A stretch of 41,715 nucleotides of DNA from a virus, in IMG/VR virus record IMGVR_UViG_3300045988_134432, positions 1-41,715 of that record; one strand, 5' to 3'. The notes below the pieces were generated by a model, which saw only the letters and a list, made by a program, of their open reading frames with translations, was not told where the DNA came from and ran no database searches. Of this stretch, positions 40,505 to 41,715 are shown in pieces (the stretch's first letter is position 1; every line of letters starts with the position of its first letter). Position numbers and translations under genes: made by a program.

Positions 40505-41245
40505 CTATCTAAATGAAATACTTGACTTATTCACTTCTACACTATCTAAACCATATTCAGGATCATTTACTATATCTCTAATTAATTCTTCAAACCACAC
40601 TTGTGCATAAGGACTAATATATATTTCATCTATTAATGTATCCACTGAAATGTTAATATTTTTTCCTACCTTACCATCATTTTCGTCATAACATAGTGCT
40701 CTGATCTCATTTTCATATTTGTATGCACGATATTTACATGCTTCTTTAACATGTTCCCAGACAAAATCTTCAGGATGATCATAAAAAGGAAGTTCTAAAG
40801 TTTTATTTCCGTCAACAAACGAATCCAAATATTTCACTTTATATATCTCAACTCTCGAATCATTAAGTGCTTTTCTCAAATGTCCAACTGTTGTTTTAAT
40901 TGCTACACCTGTATCCGGATGAGTATATAATTTCCACATTGCATAATTTTCCCCACATTCAAAATTATTCCAGCAATTAATGTAAGCTACTCTATTTAAT
41001 ATCTCATCTCTTTCTTTATAAAATTGCTTCTTTTTATCACTCCATAAATTATAAAATCCGTTTGGAACTTCACCCTCATATTTATCTTCAAATTTCTCAG
41101 CATTACAGAAAAACAATTCCTTTTTAATTAATATATTCATAAACTTACTGAAATCCATATATCTTATAATTTCAGCCTCATCATCAATACGATATTCTTT
41201 TTCTATATTTTCCATTATCTCTTCAGTGTATACATTTCTTGACAT
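40505..41245 (-). CDS. DUF2971-like protein (accessory/moron gene)
   Basis: The ORF track gives 40505..41284. The ATG at 41245 is preceded by TTAGGAGAAAATTAT. The motifs ELFFCNAEKFEDKYEGE and YINCWNNFECGENYAMWKLYTHPDTGVAIKT fit the DUF2971 pattern as I recall it. The segment is visibly AT-richer than the structural genes. Confidence 0.6.
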   Translation of the reverse strand: MSRNVYTEEIMENIEKEYRIDDEAEIIRYMDFSKFMNILIKKELFFCNAEKFEDKYEGEVPNGFYNLWSDKKKQFYKERDEILNRVAYINCWNNFECGENYAMWKLYTHPDTGVAIKTTVGHLRKALNDSRVEIYKVKYLDSFVDGNKTLELPFYDHPEDFVWEHVKEACKYRAYKYENEIRALCYDENDGKVGKNINISVDTLIDEIYISPYAQVWFEELIRDIVNDPEYGLDSVEVNKSSISFR

Positions 41246-41455
41246 ATAATTTTCTCCTAAACAATTATTTCTATTTACCATCATCTATATATTTCTTATC
41301 TTCAATAAGCATTCATATAATTGCACACCACCCCTTTCATCATTCTTAATTATAAAATCATCAATATTAATGCTGTTAACTATTGTAATCAGTAATCTCC
41401 TCTATATAAGTATCATACCCTACATGTGCGGCATATTCTATTTTTTTCTTATTTT

Positions 41456-41656
41456 TTATAATTTTTCATGATTCTCTTTTATATTATTTAGAACTATTTC
41501 CATTGCTCTTGTATAATTTACATTTTTTTCTATTGATATCTTTTCTGCAGCAATCTTGCATATTGCAATTGCAAAGAGCGACATATCCAAACTGTCACCT
41601 CCGCCTATCACTCTTACTTTTTCTTTTGTTTCAAAACATATTACAGATTTCAACAT
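41456..41656 (-). CDS. 66-aa hypothetical protein
   Basis: The RBS AAGGAG lies 6 nt upstream. Its 5' end lies in the terminal repeat, so 1-60 is a second copy of its N-terminal coding part. Confidence 0.55.
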   Translation of the reverse strand: MLKSVICFETKEKVRVIGGGDSLDMSLFAIAICKIAAEKISIEKNVNYTRAMEIVLNNIKENHEKL

Positions 41657-41715
41657 ATTCTTCTCCTTTTTCTTGAAATTCTTTTATTTTTGCGTATAAT
41701 ATAATCAAAAAAAAC
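41597..41715. repeat. Terminal direct repeat, right copy (identical to 1-119)
   Basis: See the left copy. Confidence 0.9.

Noticed and set aside
1-41715. CRISPR arrays, transposases/IS elements, a reverse transcriptase (retron/DGR) and rRNA genes
   Set aside because: No regularly spaced direct repeats, no transposase- or RT-like ORF and no rRNA-like sequence were seen on either strand.
41597-41715. The terminal 119-bp repeats as attL/attR or LTR-like ends of an integrated element
   Set aside because: The repeat bisects a phage gene and a promoter. The integrase and arm-type repeats lie ~2.5 kb away inside the window, and there is no host flank. This is best explained by circular assembly overlap or terminal redundancy.

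Overview
The window is a complete, circularly closed genome of a temperate siphovirus-type phage. The host looks like a low-GC Gram-positive bacterium, judged from AGGAGG-type ribosome-binding sites (RBS), an Amidase_3 endolysin and an ImmR/ImmA-type switch. Bases 1-119 recur exactly at 41597-41715, so the unique length is 41,596 bp and the window wraps around.

Most genes lie on the minus strand, in this order:
- a Cro-like switch gene;
- early, recombination and replication genes: HTH protein, YqaJ-like exonuclease, DUF1351, RecT, RusA, DUF4373/DnaD-like organiser, AntA/KilAC antirepressor;
- a 508-bp non-coding structured island;
- a run of small, translationally coupled ORFs, a DNA methyltransferase and a late-activator-like gene;
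- tRNA(CAT), TerS, TerL, portal, MuF, scaffold, capsid, connectors, major tail protein, chaperones, an 1811-aa tape measure, Dit, Tal and a beta-helix tailspike;
- an AT-rich accessory island;
- holin and amidase.

The plus strand carries an XRE repressor, an ImmA protease, a lipoprotein, a tyrosine integrase with attP-like repeats, and two autonomous morons (a membrane protein and an Abi-alpha/DUF4393-like protein).

The items most worth follow-up:
1. Two paralogous 25-bp-arm long hairpins, at 26383-26615 and 34248-34353. They differ by five fully compensated base-pair changes, and each ends 13-14 nt upstream of a start codon. The first sits inside the 508-bp non-coding island, which could be a large structured RNA or leader, or the replication origin.
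2. A perfect consensus promoter driving a ~70-nt terminator-bounded sRNA candidate. It lies next to a terminator and leader-peptide arrangement that guards the holin gene.
3. A MuF head protein with a C-terminal HExxH extension, followed by an untracked 54-aa zinc-ribbon ORF. This matches the layout of MuF polymorphic toxins.
4. An accessory island of Abi-alpha, DUF2971 and a small ORF between the tailspike and the lysis genes.
5. A G8 tract that hides a well-formed 53-aa membrane ORF.

All family names are my recognition of motifs in the translations. No database search was run.
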